Source: a virus
Lineage: Duplodnaviria > Heunggongvirae > Uroviricota > Caudoviricetes
Length of the DNA stretch: 64,000 nucleotides
Direction: 5' to 3' (one strand)
Virus record (IMG/VR): IMGVR_UViG_3300020160_002689
Location: 20,134 to 84,133 of that record
Part shown: piece after piece, positions 47,892-58,972 of the stretch
How positions within the stretch are numbered: the first letter of the stretch is position 1
Layout: each line of letters starts with the position of its first letter
The notes under the pieces: generated by a model
What the model saw: the letters and a program-made list of their open reading frames with translations, nothing else
Told to the model about the DNA's origin: nothing
Database searches by the model: none
Translations under genes and position numbers: made by a program

Positions 47892-49058
47892 ATGGATTTT
47901 GTAAATAAATATAGTGATAAAGAAAAGAAAAAAAATGGAGTTTTTTATACTCCAAAAGATATAGCTGAGTTTATGGCTAGTAAAAGTAAATTTGATGATG
48001 GTAAAGGTATATGGTTAGATCCTTGTTGTGGATTAGGTATATTATCAATTATGTTGGCCTCAATTCAAGATGATCCAATTGATTTTATAGAAAATAGATT
48101 GATAATCAATGATATGGATAAATTACAACTGGATATAGCTTTAAATAATTTTAAAGAAAAATTTGGTGTTGTTCCAAAAAGTTTCAATGAAGATTTTTTA
48201 TTATATGATTTTAAATGTGATTATGTTATAATGAATCCACCTTATTTTAGATATAAGGATAATGATATATATGGATACTTCATAGAAAAAGTTTGTAGTA
48301 TATCAAATGGATTTATCAGTATAAATCCAATATCATTTACAAATGGTTCAAAATTTAGAAAAATTAGAAAATCTATCTTAGATTTTAATTCTATTAATTT
48401 ATATCATTTTGATAATATACCAGGGCATATTTTTGATGATGCTGATGTTAGAGTTTCTATTATCATATGTCATAATAAGTCAAATGATAGAAAGACAACC
48501 ACACAAATTAGATGGCAATCAAAAAAGAGAGAAGAAATGATTAAAAACTTAGATAATAATTTAGATGATGCTATTTTTACAGAAGATATTTTCTACAAAA
48601 CATCACCAAATACAACACATTTTATACATGATAACACTTTATTAAATTATGTGGTTAGTAAATCAGATTATCCAATTTATATTACTAGTTTAACAAGATA
48701 TTTTATAACTGGATCAACAAAAAAGTTGGATAGGAATGGACAGATAGAAATTTTTATGAAAGATGAAGATTCATATAATAAGGCTTTAATTATGATAAAT
48801 AGTTCATATCTTTATTGGTGGTGGAGAACATCAGATAGTTCAATGTCTTTGACTAAAAGAACTTTATTATCTCTACCATGGATTGATTTTGTATATGAAA
48901 ATTCTATAATATGTGAAATAGTGAATAGTGAAGTAGTGAATAAGGTCTATAAAATGAATGCTGGAAAATCACAAGAGAATATAAAACATAACAAAGAATT
49001 GGTTAAAAAATTAAATTCTTTATTCATACCAGAGGATTTTATTAAATTACAAGATTAA
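47892..49058 (+). CDS. N6-adenine DNA methyltransferase (gamma class, type II-like)
   Basis: VFYTPKDIAEF (motif X), LDPCCGLG (motif I), MNPPYF (motif IV NPPY). Confidence 0.8.
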   Translation: MDFVNKYSDKEKKKNGVFYTPKDIAEFMASKSKFDDGKGIWLDPCCGLGILSIMLASIQDDPIDFIENRLIINDMDKLQLDIALNNFKEKFGVVPKSFNEDFLLYDFKCDYVIMNPPYFRYKDNDIYGYFIEKVCSISNGFISINPISFTNGSKFRKIRKSILDFNSINLYHFDNIPGHIFDDADVRVSIIICHNKSNDRKTTTQIRWQSKKREEMIKNLDNNLDDAIFTEDIFYKTSPNTTHFIHDNTLLNYVVSKSDYPIYITSLTRYFITGSTKKLDRNGQIEIFMKDEDSYNKALIMINSSYLYWWWRTSDSSMSLTKRTLLSLPWIDFVYENSIICEIVNSEVVNKVYKMNAGKSQENIKHNKELVKKLNSLFIPEDFIKLQD

Positions 49059-49090
49059 ATAAAAAAATCCCTTTAAAGGGATTTTTTTTA
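49059..49090. terminator. bidirectional terminator (perfect palindrome)
   Basis: AAAAAAATCCCTTTAAAGGGATTTTTTTT between convergent genes. Confidence 0.6.
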
Positions 49091-50017
49091 TTATTTTTTA
49101 GTTAAAAAGTGTTGTATAGATACTTCACCAACATGTTGTTTAATTTTACTGAACTCTATATATGTTCCATAACTATCTTCTTTTAAATCACTCTTTTTGA
49201 AAGAGAAAGTTGCATTATTATGTATGTATTTATATCTACTAGAAGTTCTACCACCTCTTTGTGTAATATCTTCAATATCATTCTTATTTACATAATGTTT
49301 ATTATCTATTAAAGATAGTTTATTTTCAGTAAAAACTTTTCTAGTATTTCTACCACAACTTCTAACTTCAATTTTAAAAGAAAAACTCTTTTTATATTCA
49401 TCAATAGTCATTATATTTAAGTTCCCATTATTATCATAACTAATGATATAATCAAATTCATTTGTAATAATATCTTCAATGTTAAATATTTTATTATGAC
49501 CTTGATTTTCTAAGATATTATAATTCTCTAATTCACCACCAATTTCAAATAAAGATTTTACATATTCTTTATATTTCTCACTTTTTGATGTAAAATCAAC
49601 AGGTTTCCCATTATCATTATAAGTAAATCCACAAGATTTACCATAAGCTACAGGTTCTTTTATTTCAAATATCTCAACCTTATTATCAATCTTATGTGTT
49701 ATAATTAAGTCAGGCATTCCAGAACCACCATCTTGTTTAATTGAATATAATTCATTTTCATAAATTCCATTACCAATATAGACACAGCCTAAATGGTTAG
49801 ATATAGCTTGAATTATCATAGTTTCAACTATTCTTCCTGGTTGAAATAAGACACCATTGTTTATTCTATTATTTATATCATTTTTTAGAAATGGTAAATT
49901 TTCCAAAATATAAGATACTTCATCAATTCTCTCAAAATTATCTTTAACTGAATTTTTAACTTTATTCAGTTCTATCAAATTTATTTTTAAATTACCACTT
50001 TTTAGACTATCTATCAT
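49091..50017 (-). CDS. putative PD-(D/E)xK restriction endonuclease (candidate partner of the adjacent methyltransferase)
   Basis: GMPDLIITHKIDNKVEIFEIKEP contains a PD...ExK arrangement; convergent with the N6A methyltransferase. Confidence 0.45.
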   Translation of the reverse strand: MIDSLKSGNLKINLIELNKVKNSVKDNFERIDEVSYILENLPFLKNDINNRINNGVLFQPGRIVETMIIQAISNHLGCVYIGNGIYENELYSIKQDGGSGMPDLIITHKIDNKVEIFEIKEPVAYGKSCGFTYNDNGKPVDFTSKSEKYKEYVKSLFEIGGELENYNILENQGHNKIFNIEDIITNEFDYIISYDNNGNLNIMTIDEYKKSFSFKIEVRSCGRNTRKVFTENKLSLIDNKHYVNKNDIEDITQRGGRTSSRYKYIHNNATFSFKKSDLKEDSYGTYIEFSKIKQHVGEVSIQHFLTKK

Positions 50018-50047
50018 ATTACTATTATTTTTTACAAAGATAAGGTA

Positions 50048-50323
50048 TTAAACTAATTTATCCAACTTTTTATTTCTTTTATAAGCTTTTTTATCATAAA
50101 CTTCTATGACATATCCTTTTATTTTAAATTCACTTACCCATTTATCATAACCTGTTTTATAACTTGGGTGTTTCTCTAAAACTTTTTCAATTGCTTCTTG
50201 TTTGTTTTCGGCTACTATCTGAAAACTTGGTAGTGGACCACTATGCCAACCACCATCATTAAATGTTACTTCATATATTTTCATAACACAAATATACAAA
50301 ATAAAACTTAAAGAAATAAACAA
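50048..50323 (-). CDS. hypothetical protein
   Basis: Probably starts at the internal Met (MKIYEV, about 50284). Confidence 0.4.
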   Translation of the reverse strand: MFISLSFILYICVMKIYEVTFNDGGWHSGPLPSFQIVAENKQEAIEKVLEKHPSYKTGYDKWVSEFKIKGYVIEVYDKKAYKRNKKLDKLV

Positions 50324-50325
50324 AA

Positions 50326-50347
50326 TTTAATATATACTAAAAAATCA
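50326..50347 (+). promoter_or_regulatory. promoter-like motif TTTAATATATACTAAAAAATCA
   Basis: Upstream of the structural block that starts at 50358. Confidence 0.35.
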
Positions 50348-50357
50348 TTTTAGAATA

Positions 50358-51851
50358 ATGGCAATTCAAAGTTCATTTCCAAAGGTAGCTGATCAAATAA
50401 TATCTTATAATAAAAATATTGTTGAAATACTATCTAAAATTAGTTCATTAACAACAACAACTGAGTCATCAGTAAACCTTCAAATATATGATGCAAATGG
50501 TGTGTTGAGAAATTTCACTATGCCTTCATTCACATCATTGAAAGGTGAGATTGATAGATTAAATAATAATATAAATTCATTGTATGGTATTGATGGTGCT
50601 GGTTCTTTAATACAAACAACAACACAAAACAAATATAAGAAACTTATCACAGTTGATTTGAATAGGGATCCTACTCCAATTAGTAGTATTGGTTTTATAT
50701 CAACCTTTAAATCAAGTCCAAACTGGTTTTTTGATTCATTAATGGATCCAATGATTTCAGTAGAATTGGACTTATCCAACAAAATTGAGGATAATGTAAG
50801 AAAATGTTTAATTAGAAGATACATTGTTGATTTTGAAAAAAATGCAGATGGTTCATTAACTACTAATGGTCAATCAGCATTAAATTCATATAATCAATTA
50901 TTTAGAGGAAATGCAAATATCATAATTTCAGAATTTGAAAATTGGCACAAAACTACTACTGGTGTTCTAAATGCTATTAATCCTAAGTTTGATGAACAGA
51001 TTTTTGATTTAGAACCAAACAACTTATTATATGATGGTCAATTTAGTGTATTGAGAATACAAGAAGATAGACTAAATAAAAAACTTTGGTGTGTATTAGA
51101 TACACTTGAATATTTAGTAGTTGATGCAGGACAAACTAAACAATTGGCTGTTGGAGATGAGTTAATTATAAATACTACTCAATCATCTACTAGATATAAA
51201 ATCATTGAAGTTTCTACTGTTGAGAGTAATCCAAGAGTTAGAGTTGAAAGATTAGAAGGAATTGAACCAATTCCAGTTGGTATTGGAACATTAAAAGTTT
51301 ATTCTGATGTTATCTATACCAAAAAATGTAGAGTGAGTGTTGGTTACAATGAAAGAAATGTTCTTTTCATTAAACCAATTAATACTGATAATCACTTAGT
51401 TGCTAAGAAATGGAGTTTAGGTACTGGTTACTATACAAATGATTTAAGATTAGATTCTACATCTACTGCAAATGGTTTGTCAATGGAACAATTCTATATT
51501 GATTATGTTTATGATTATGGTGTTGTTTTACAAGATTTAGTTGCTAAGAAAACTCCTAATGCATTAGGTGGTACTCCTGTTGCACCAGCTTTGAGTGTTG
51601 ATAACTTTAAAGTTGTTCAAATTAATAAACACCTTACTGATTCACCAGATTCTAATTTAGTTAAACAAAAACATAACTATCAGTTATCTTTAAAATCAGA
51701 GATACAACAAATACAAGAAGCAATTTTATCAAGAAATAAAACTGCTAAATTTACTAAGTATAAGTCAGATTCTGCAAAGAAACAAGCTGATTTAGAGATT
51801 GAAGGATTGGTATCTAAAAAGATAGTAAAAGTAAATTACTTGCATCAGTAA
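50358..51851 (+). CDS. structural protein, frame-0 part of a probably frameshifted gene
   Basis: 497-aa ORF ending ...GLVSKKIVKVNYLHQ*; the -1 frame is open from 51803 onward. Confidence 0.5.
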   Translation: MAIQSSFPKVADQIISYNKNIVEILSKISSLTTTTESSVNLQIYDANGVLRNFTMPSFTSLKGEIDRLNNNINSLYGIDGAGSLIQTTTQNKYKKLITVDLNRDPTPISSIGFISTFKSSPNWFFDSLMDPMISVELDLSNKIEDNVRKCLIRRYIVDFEKNADGSLTTNGQSALNSYNQLFRGNANIIISEFENWHKTTTGVLNAINPKFDEQIFDLEPNNLLYDGQFSVLRIQEDRLNKKLWCVLDTLEYLVVDAGQTKQLAVGDELIINTTQSSTRYKIIEVSTVESNPRVRVERLEGIEPIPVGIGTLKVYSDVIYTKKCRVSVGYNERNVLFIKPINTDNHLVAKKWSLGTGYYTNDLRLDSTSTANGLSMEQFYIDYVYDYGVVLQDLVAKKTPNALGGTPVAPALSVDNFKVVQINKHLTDSPDSNLVKQKHNYQLSLKSEIQQIQEAILSRNKTAKFTKYKSDSAKKQADLEIEGLVSKKIVKVNYLHQ

Positions 51852-53557
51852 CTCAAGAGATTATTGACCTTTCAAAAGATCCTAAAACTAAAGTTGATCC
51901 TCAATTTAATGTAAGAGGTTTCTGGAATATTCCAGAAGCGGTCATTACAACTGGAACTAGACCACAAGAAATTGTACAATTTAGGGTTCAGTACAGAAAA
52001 GTAAGTAAAGATGGTAAAGAATCACCAGTTGAAACTTTTTCAATAACAGATTCTCAAAGTAAAGCAGCTTTCTCTAACTGGTCTGAATATAAAACAGATG
52101 CAAGAAAGAGAGTTTACAATAGTACAACTGGTGAGTACACTTGGCAAATTGAAGATGTTACATCAGCAGATACTCCAAATATAAATCAATTTGATTTACC
52201 TATTTTACCAAATGAAAGAATTGAGTTTAGAATTAAATCAATTTCAGAAGTTGGTTGGCCAGAAGCTGCAGTAGAATCAGATTGGTCTGATATATTGACA
52301 GTAGACTTCCCAGATGACTTAAATACAGTTCTTAATGAGAATGACTTTATACTAAGAGAAGCTACTAAGGAAGACTTAAAAACAAGTATGAATGCAGAAT
52401 TATCTGCTAAAGGTTTAGATGAACACTTATCAGATACAGTAACAATTAATAATGTTACTTATCATCATGAAGCTAAGAAAGTTCTTTCTGGTTTTCAAGA
52501 TGAAAATGGTGTTTCATTAGATTTATATACTTATATTCAAAAGTTAACAGATAGAATTACTGCATTAGAAGAAAAAATCAAGAGAGCTAAAGGTGAACTT
52601 GAAATTATTATTCTTAGAAATAACCAAGAGTTTGTTGTATCAAATGGTTCAGAGACAACATTCAATGTTGAGTGTGAAGATTATTTAGATTCATATACTG
52701 CAACAGGTGCACCTACTGGTAGAGTTTATCAAAATAATATTTATATAATTAAAGACTTTATTGTTAAATTTAGAAATAAAGCAACTGAATCAGTATTAGG
52801 TTTATTATCAAATAGAAATTATATTGATGGTACAGGAAATGTTTATAATTCAACAGCACCACAAACTTTCTGGGTAAATAATCAAGATGAATTAAAAACA
52901 GTTGATGTAAGTGGTCAAACAAGAACACAACTTGATAATCAATTTATTTGGATGGTTAACTATGATTCTATTACACAAACAACAGTTTCTAAATTATCTG
53001 AAAATATTGGTAATGCATTTAATGTAGATAATTCAAACTCAGTAACTAATGTACTTTCATCAAATGAGTATAATATAGGTTACAATGAGTCATCAATACT
53101 GGCATTTATTGGTAATAATAAATCATTATTGGATCCAACAAAGTGGAATGATACTACGGTATCAGTTGCATCAACAACTAAATTCTTGACTACAATTCAT
53201 CCAGTTATTAAAGACCTTGAAAGTATTCAAGAAGTAAATAGTGATAAGATTCATACAGTTGCTGCAGGTGATAAAAATTCTATAATAGTTCCATTGAATA
53301 TTTATTTCAAGATGAACTCATTAGATAGTAGTCAAAATGGATTAAACTATCAGTATATTGATTTGAATAATTCAACTCAGACAGTTAAACATGTTAAAAA
53401 ATTAAAGTTTTTTGTAGAGAATGAATCTGAAAATAGACCATTCACCTTTACTCTTAAATTTAATTTAAACAGAAATAAAGTTGCAGTTAGAAAATTCAAT
53501 AATATAGGTGGTGGACCTGCATACATTGATGATTATTCAACAACAAGTAAAAAATAA
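51803..53557 (+). CDS. structural protein, -1-frame continuation (no ATG; the ORF-track entry starts at a TTG at 52295)
   Basis: The -1 frame is open with coding-like sequence (QEIIDLSKDPKTKVDPQFNVRGFWNIPEAV...) for 164 codons upstream of the listed start, and it contains no Met. Confidence 0.45.
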
Positions 53558-53566
53558 TAAGTCATA

Positions 53567-56500
53567 TTGAAATCATTTGCCATATTAAGAACCAATGTTG
53601 GTTTAACAACTAATATAAAAATAATGATTGATACTAACTATAAACTAAGTTTAGATAGTATTGAATCAAATATGAATTTGTCCTTTGATAAATTCAAAAA
53701 GGTCTCATTTAATAAGAGTAATTATTATGATGAGTTAATACCTTATTTTTATAAAGATTTACCAGCAGAGACTGCATATAGTATAAAATATGAGAATGAT
53801 GCAGAAACAATGTCAAATGATTTTGCTTATCAATATGATGAACTATATAATTATGGTGCAAGAAATATAGTTGATAATAAGAATTATTCAGAAGAGTATG
53901 AATACTTTGCACCTCTTTATATTACTAAAACTGGTCTTCCTAAAAAATTTATTGTATTTAGAGTAGATGGTCCAGGTATTGGAACACTAACAACTGCAAA
54001 TTTTAGAACAGATATAATTAATAAATTAAAAACAGTTAAACTATTTGATTTAACTAAAGAAAGTCTATTTGGAGAATGGTTATATACAAACTTTGTTGAT
54101 AACAAATATTTTCCTGACGCTCCATTAGAAATAGATTTTAGAAATCTTGAGTTTTGTAGATGGAATGGTATTGATTATCAAAATGGTGGTTATACTTCTA
54201 AATCATTATTTATTGATGATATTTTAGATGAAGAAAAAGAAATATTTGAACTTGAAAAGTTTGTATTTGATTCTTATAAAAATAATAAAGTTGTTTTTCC
54301 TAACATATTAAATTTATCATTTTTATTTGATGATACACCTTCTACATCAGAACAAAAAAGAAGATGGTCTATAAATAGATACTATGGATTCTACTTAGAT
54401 GATTTAGAGTTAGTAACAACAATGTCATCTTATATTCCAGTTCCTTTAAAAAGTGATATTGTTGTTCTATCAGGTGATGATAGAAATATACTATCATCAC
54501 CAAGTGGTTATCCATTTGAAGAAGTTTGGACTGATAAAAAACCTTTTTATGTAGAGTATAAAGGTAAATATTATAAAGTAGAACAATATACTGAAACTAT
54601 TACAAATCAATTAATTAAAGTTAAAAACACTAAAGGTAATACATCAGAAGATAGAATGCAAAGAGACTTAGGATTTAGTTCATCTAAAAAACAAGCATCT
54701 GCTGTTAAAATAGTCAATACTAAAGATTTAACTACTAATACAAAATCTGCAGTTGAAAATTATGGTGAAGTAATTGTAACTAAGTATAGAATAATATCTG
54801 ATTTAGATTTTGGAGGAATGACTTATTCTGACTTTAATCAAAACTTTGGTGAGATTAAAGATAATGTATTGAAAGACTTGAGTAATAAGTCAATTACTAT
54901 TGATAATTTTGAATCTGCTGATATTTGGTTAATTAACATTGATGGTATTTATCATAATTTAATTAGTAGTGGTACTAATTCAATTAGTGTTAATAGTGAT
55001 TATTCATTTCAATTTAATGAGAATAGTTATACTTATAAGGTAAATGGTGTTGAGAAAACTGTTAATACAATAGTTGATTTTAATAACCCACCTACAATAT
55101 TTAATATTTATAAGGCAAAGTTAACAGACATTAAAGACTTTGATGATAGATTAGTTGATACTGAATATTCTAAATATGAATATGAAAAACTAACAGACCT
55201 TACAAATACAGATGAAACTAAAATGTATTTTGAAGATTTGACAAGTAAAACTGATCCAAGAGATTTAGATGACTTTGTTTATAAGAATGAAGTGGTTAAA
55301 ATTCCAGTATCATCTGAGTACACTGCAAATTATGAAACTTTTAAAGTTGATGATACAACCGGTAACTTATCAGAAATATGGAGAAAGAATCCAGTTTATT
55401 GTAGATTTGGCTTTCAAAACTCAATATCAGGAAATGATGTTCCTTACTTATTAAATAACTCTTTGATATTTGAAGATTATAATAGAACTGTAAATGTTTC
55501 TGATATACATCCTAAAAGAATTGAAAGAAATTTAGATTATTTTTATACTATAAATTCTGCAACATCATCATATTTACATCATAGCTTACATATTGAAGGA
55601 TTTACTTATAGTGGTATTGATAACACATTTAAGTTTGAGTTAGATAAGTACTTAAATCAAGGAACTTACTCTTATGATTATTTTAGTTACTTCTTTAGTA
55701 AACAAACACAATTTTTAAATGGTGATATTAAAAAGAATACTAAAAAATATTCTTATTTTAATGTTGGTGATGACTCTGTTCCTAATCATAGTTTATTTAG
55801 AGGAATTAGATTTGATATTTATAAAGTAGATGGGGTTAACTTAAACTCTAATAATCAAATTGATAAAATTAACATATCAACAAATAATGAATTTGTAGAT
55901 TATAAAATGTCTGTTTTATTATCTGATAATGATTGGTCAATTACTAATACTATACCTGCATCATTAACACAATCTGTAAGTACTTTAGAATGGACTATAA
56001 TTGATGAGTGGAAAATGGATAAAATATATGCATCAGGTTCTGTTGTAATATTTGATGATATTTTATTTAAGAATACTAATGGAACTAAAGATCCTTGTGG
56101 TCCTACAACTAAAATTACCATAAATCAACAGGAATACCATGTTTTATCAAATCCTGCTAACCAAGGTTGGTCTATTTATAGTGATGTTCCTACTAATAGA
56201 GAGATATTTTGGTCACCTGGAAATTCAAATACAAATGGAAGTTTTGTGTATAATTCAGGTGAATATTATGTAGAAAATACTATACCTACCCAAACAAGTT
56301 CACAATATTATAGTTCACCTGCAATTGGTATAAGTAACTTGATACCTTATACTATAGATTTTTGGAAACCTTCTAATCAATATGCAACTGGAAGTATTGT
56401 AATGTATAATAATAAAGTTTTTATATCCAATACAAATAATAATATTTTTCATCCTAATCAAAGTCAATGGGTTGATATATCCACTATTAATAATTTCAAT

Positions 56501-57844
56501 TCAACTGTAACATATTCTAAATCTGATATTGTTAAAAGTAATAATTATTACTATATATCATTAACAAGTAGTAATGTTAATACTTTAAACCCACCTGCAT
56601 GGGAAATTTCATCAAGAGTTCCTTTATCAAGTTTTTTTAAATGGAAATTAGTTGAAATTTGGAATCCTAATAAATCATATATTACAGGATCTTATGTTGT
56701 TCATAATGAAATATTATATAATAATTCATTTACAATATTACCAGGTTTAGAACCAGGTATTTACAATGGTTGGGAAAGAAGATATAGTTTAATACCAGAT
56801 ACAGATTTTAAATATAATATAAACTATACAGAAGATAATACAAATGGAAATCCAATTATTTTACTAAATGATAAGTATTATTTATCAACTAATAAATCAA
56901 TAGAATCAACACTTGATAATGGTATTATAATCTATATCAATAAAAAGTGGAAAAACATATTAGTTAATATAAATATATCAGATAATACATATACTAATGT
57001 TTCATCTACTAATAGAGATGATCTTTATAATGAATTGTATAAAAAATTAACTGCCACTAATTTTATGGCAGCAATAAATGATATAACTAATAAGTATGGA
57101 TTTACTGATTATGTATCTTATGTAGTTATTGATGAAGATAATACAATTAATAAATATAGTTATACTAATAACATTGTTAATCTACCTTATATAATTAAGT
57201 GTGAAGGACCTGATAGTTTAGATGTTAAAATACAATCTTTATTAAAGAGACCTATTTTCTTACCCAATCCATTGAATCCAATTAAAAAGTTGGAAAGTGG
57301 AAAAATATTAAATATTGACCAGTTAAATTTTTATAATGGTAATCCAGTTGGTGTTAATATAATTGAGAATCAATTTGCACCTAAGGTCACTGAAAACTAT
57401 CATGGTTCAAAAAATATTTTAAAAGATACTATTTATAGATTTAGTGGTTATTATATGCCATTATTTTATGATATAGAATTATTTAAAAGAGATTATGAGT
57501 ATAAACAAACTGGTAATTATTTATTTGATACTACACTAACAAACTTTGGTATTATAAAAGAAAGAAAAGTTCGAAAAATAAATAGAAAAGGAAGTATTTT
57601 AAAATTAAAAGATAATCCAGATGAGAAATCAATTTATCCAATGTTAGATGAATTTGGTTATTCTATTTATGACTTTTTTATTTTCTCATCAACTTGGGAT
57701 TTAAAGTATTATTTAGAAACATCTACACTAACTAAAGCAAATAAAGACTATTTAGAGAAATATACAATAGATGAAAATATTGTAAATAACAATAATATAG
57801 TAATACCTATTACAATACCAACAAATATTGGACCATCAAATTAA
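53567..57844 (+). CDS. very large structural protein (baseplate/tail-fibre class)
   Basis: 1425 aa, N/T/S/Y-rich; follows the structural genes. Confidence 0.6.
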   Translation: MKSFAILRTNVGLTTNIKIMIDTNYKLSLDSIESNMNLSFDKFKKVSFNKSNYYDELIPYFYKDLPAETAYSIKYENDAETMSNDFAYQYDELYNYGARNIVDNKNYSEEYEYFAPLYITKTGLPKKFIVFRVDGPGIGTLTTANFRTDIINKLKTVKLFDLTKESLFGEWLYTNFVDNKYFPDAPLEIDFRNLEFCRWNGIDYQNGGYTSKSLFIDDILDEEKEIFELEKFVFDSYKNNKVVFPNILNLSFLFDDTPSTSEQKRRWSINRYYGFYLDDLELVTTMSSYIPVPLKSDIVVLSGDDRNILSSPSGYPFEEVWTDKKPFYVEYKGKYYKVEQYTETITNQLIKVKNTKGNTSEDRMQRDLGFSSSKKQASAVKIVNTKDLTTNTKSAVENYGEVIVTKYRIISDLDFGGMTYSDFNQNFGEIKDNVLKDLSNKSITIDNFESADIWLINIDGIYHNLISSGTNSISVNSDYSFQFNENSYTYKVNGVEKTVNTIVDFNNPPTIFNIYKAKLTDIKDFDDRLVDTEYSKYEYEKLTDLTNTDETKMYFEDLTSKTDPRDLDDFVYKNEVVKIPVSSEYTANYETFKVDDTTGNLSEIWRKNPVYCRFGFQNSISGNDVPYLLNNSLIFEDYNRTVNVSDIHPKRIERNLDYFYTINSATSSYLHHSLHIEGFTYSGIDNTFKFELDKYLNQGTYSYDYFSYFFSKQTQFLNGDIKKNTKKYSYFNVGDDSVPNHSLFRGIRFDIYKVDGVNLNSNNQIDKINISTNNEFVDYKMSVLLSDNDWSITNTIPASLTQSVSTLEWTIIDEWKMDKIYASGSVVIFDDILFKNTNGTKDPCGPTTKITINQQEYHVLSNPANQGWSIYSDVPTNREIFWSPGNSNTNGSFVYNSGEYYVENTIPTQTSSQYYSSPAIGISNLIPYTIDFWKPSNQYATGSIVMYNNKVFISNTNNNIFHPNQSQWVDISTINNFNSTVTYSKSDIVKSNNYYYISLTSSNVNTLNPPAWEISSRVPLSSFFKWKLVEIWNPNKSYITGSYVVHNEILYNNSFTILPGLEPGIYNGWERRYSLIPDTDFKYNINYTEDNTNGNPIILLNDKYYLSTNKSIESTLDNGIIIYINKKWKNILVNINISDNTYTNVSSTNRDDLYNELYKKLTATNFMAAINDITNKYGFTDYVSYVVIDEDNTINKYSYTNNIVNLPYIIKCEGPDSLDVKIQSLLKRPIFLPNPLNPIKKLESGKILNIDQLNFYNGNPVGVNIIENQFAPKVTENYHGSKNILKDTIYRFSGYYMPLFYDIELFKRDYEYKQTGNYLFDTTLTNFGIIKERKVRKINRKGSILKLKDNPDEKSIYPMLDEFGYSIYDFFIFSSTWDLKYYLETSTLTKANKDYLEKYTIDENIVNNNNIVIPITIPTNIGPSN

Positions 57845-57852
57845 GAATAAAA

Positions 57853-58542
57853 ATGAGAAGAAGTTATATATCACCAGAGTATCAAACTAAAGCAGTATAT
57901 GGAACATTAAACATGCTTGAAGAAAGTACATTTTTTGGTGCAAAGATGTTAGAAATAGAAGATAGTATAGTTATAGATACTTTAGATATAATATACTATC
58001 AGAATCAGAATGGTGAACAATTGGACCTTTCAATTGAATCATCATTTGCATCTATTGTTTACTCATCTAGTGATAATAAAAAAAGTAATCATACTTTAGT
58101 TTTAGATCCATCTCAACCAAAATTTCAATTAGATAATAATACAAGATGGATATTAACAATAGATTTAAAGACCATAATAACAGATTACCTATTTGCAACA
58201 CTTAAAAAGTTTAGAACTTTTGAAGGTATTAAAAATGACATGAATATTTATGCAAATACAGATACTGCAATTAAAAGTTACATAAATTATAATATTCTTA
58301 ATAGATACAGATATAAAAGTATTCAATTATATGTGAACTATGTGGATTTGAGAAACCAAAATGCACTTAGATATAAAAATACTTGGGATAAAAATTCTAT
58401 AAATACTTCTAATCTTTTAACTAAGTTACAAACTGAAACTGAGTTTGATGAGTCTTCAATTAAAGTTACTTTTAATCAGGAAAAACCAAGTTCAACTTAT
58501 AGATTTGATTATTATTTTAACATTTTATTTGAGAAAATATAA
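57853..58542 (+). CDS. hypothetical (structural-associated) protein
   Basis: 229 aa; 9 nt after the giant ORF. Confidence 0.45.
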   Translation: MRRSYISPEYQTKAVYGTLNMLEESTFFGAKMLEIEDSIVIDTLDIIYYQNQNGEQLDLSIESSFASIVYSSSDNKKSNHTLVLDPSQPKFQLDNNTRWILTIDLKTIITDYLFATLKKFRTFEGIKNDMNIYANTDTAIKSYINYNILNRYRYKSIQLYVNYVDLRNQNALRYKNTWDKNSINTSNLLTKLQTETEFDESSIKVTFNQEKPSSTYRFDYYFNILFEKI

Positions 58543-58572
58543 ACTTACTCAATGTAAATTCATAAAAAAGTT

Positions 58573-58920
58573 ATGAATGAAGAGTTTCAAAACAATCTTG
58601 TAAATTTTCTAAAACTATTTAAAAATAGACCTTATCATCTTGCTAAGTATCTAATAGATAACTCTGCATTAACAAAAGATTTTTATAATAAAATATCTAA
58701 ATCAGATAAATTAGAAAACAATAAGTATTTCACAGATATAACAGAAATGAATGAATTTTATAATTCAATTTTGGATATAAAGAAGTCTAAAAAGTCTGTA
58801 GAAGAGATTACTAAAGAAGCTAATATTAAAATGGATCAGCTTATTAAGAATGAAAATTTTGAAGAAGCTGCAAAACTTAGAGATTATATGACAAAAAATA
58901 AAATAAAAAGATTGAGATAA
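58573..58920 (+). CDS. hypothetical protein with UVR motif
   Basis: FEEAAKLRDYM matches the UvrB/C (UVR) motif. Confidence 0.4.
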   Translation: MNEEFQNNLVNFLKLFKNRPYHLAKYLIDNSALTKDFYNKISKSDKLENNKYFTDITEMNEFYNSILDIKKSKKSVEEITKEANIKMDQLIKNENFEEAAKLRDYMTKNKIKRLR

Positions 58921-58972
58921 CTAAACTTTTTGAATTTTACTAATAAAACTTAAACACTTAAATTAAATAAAT

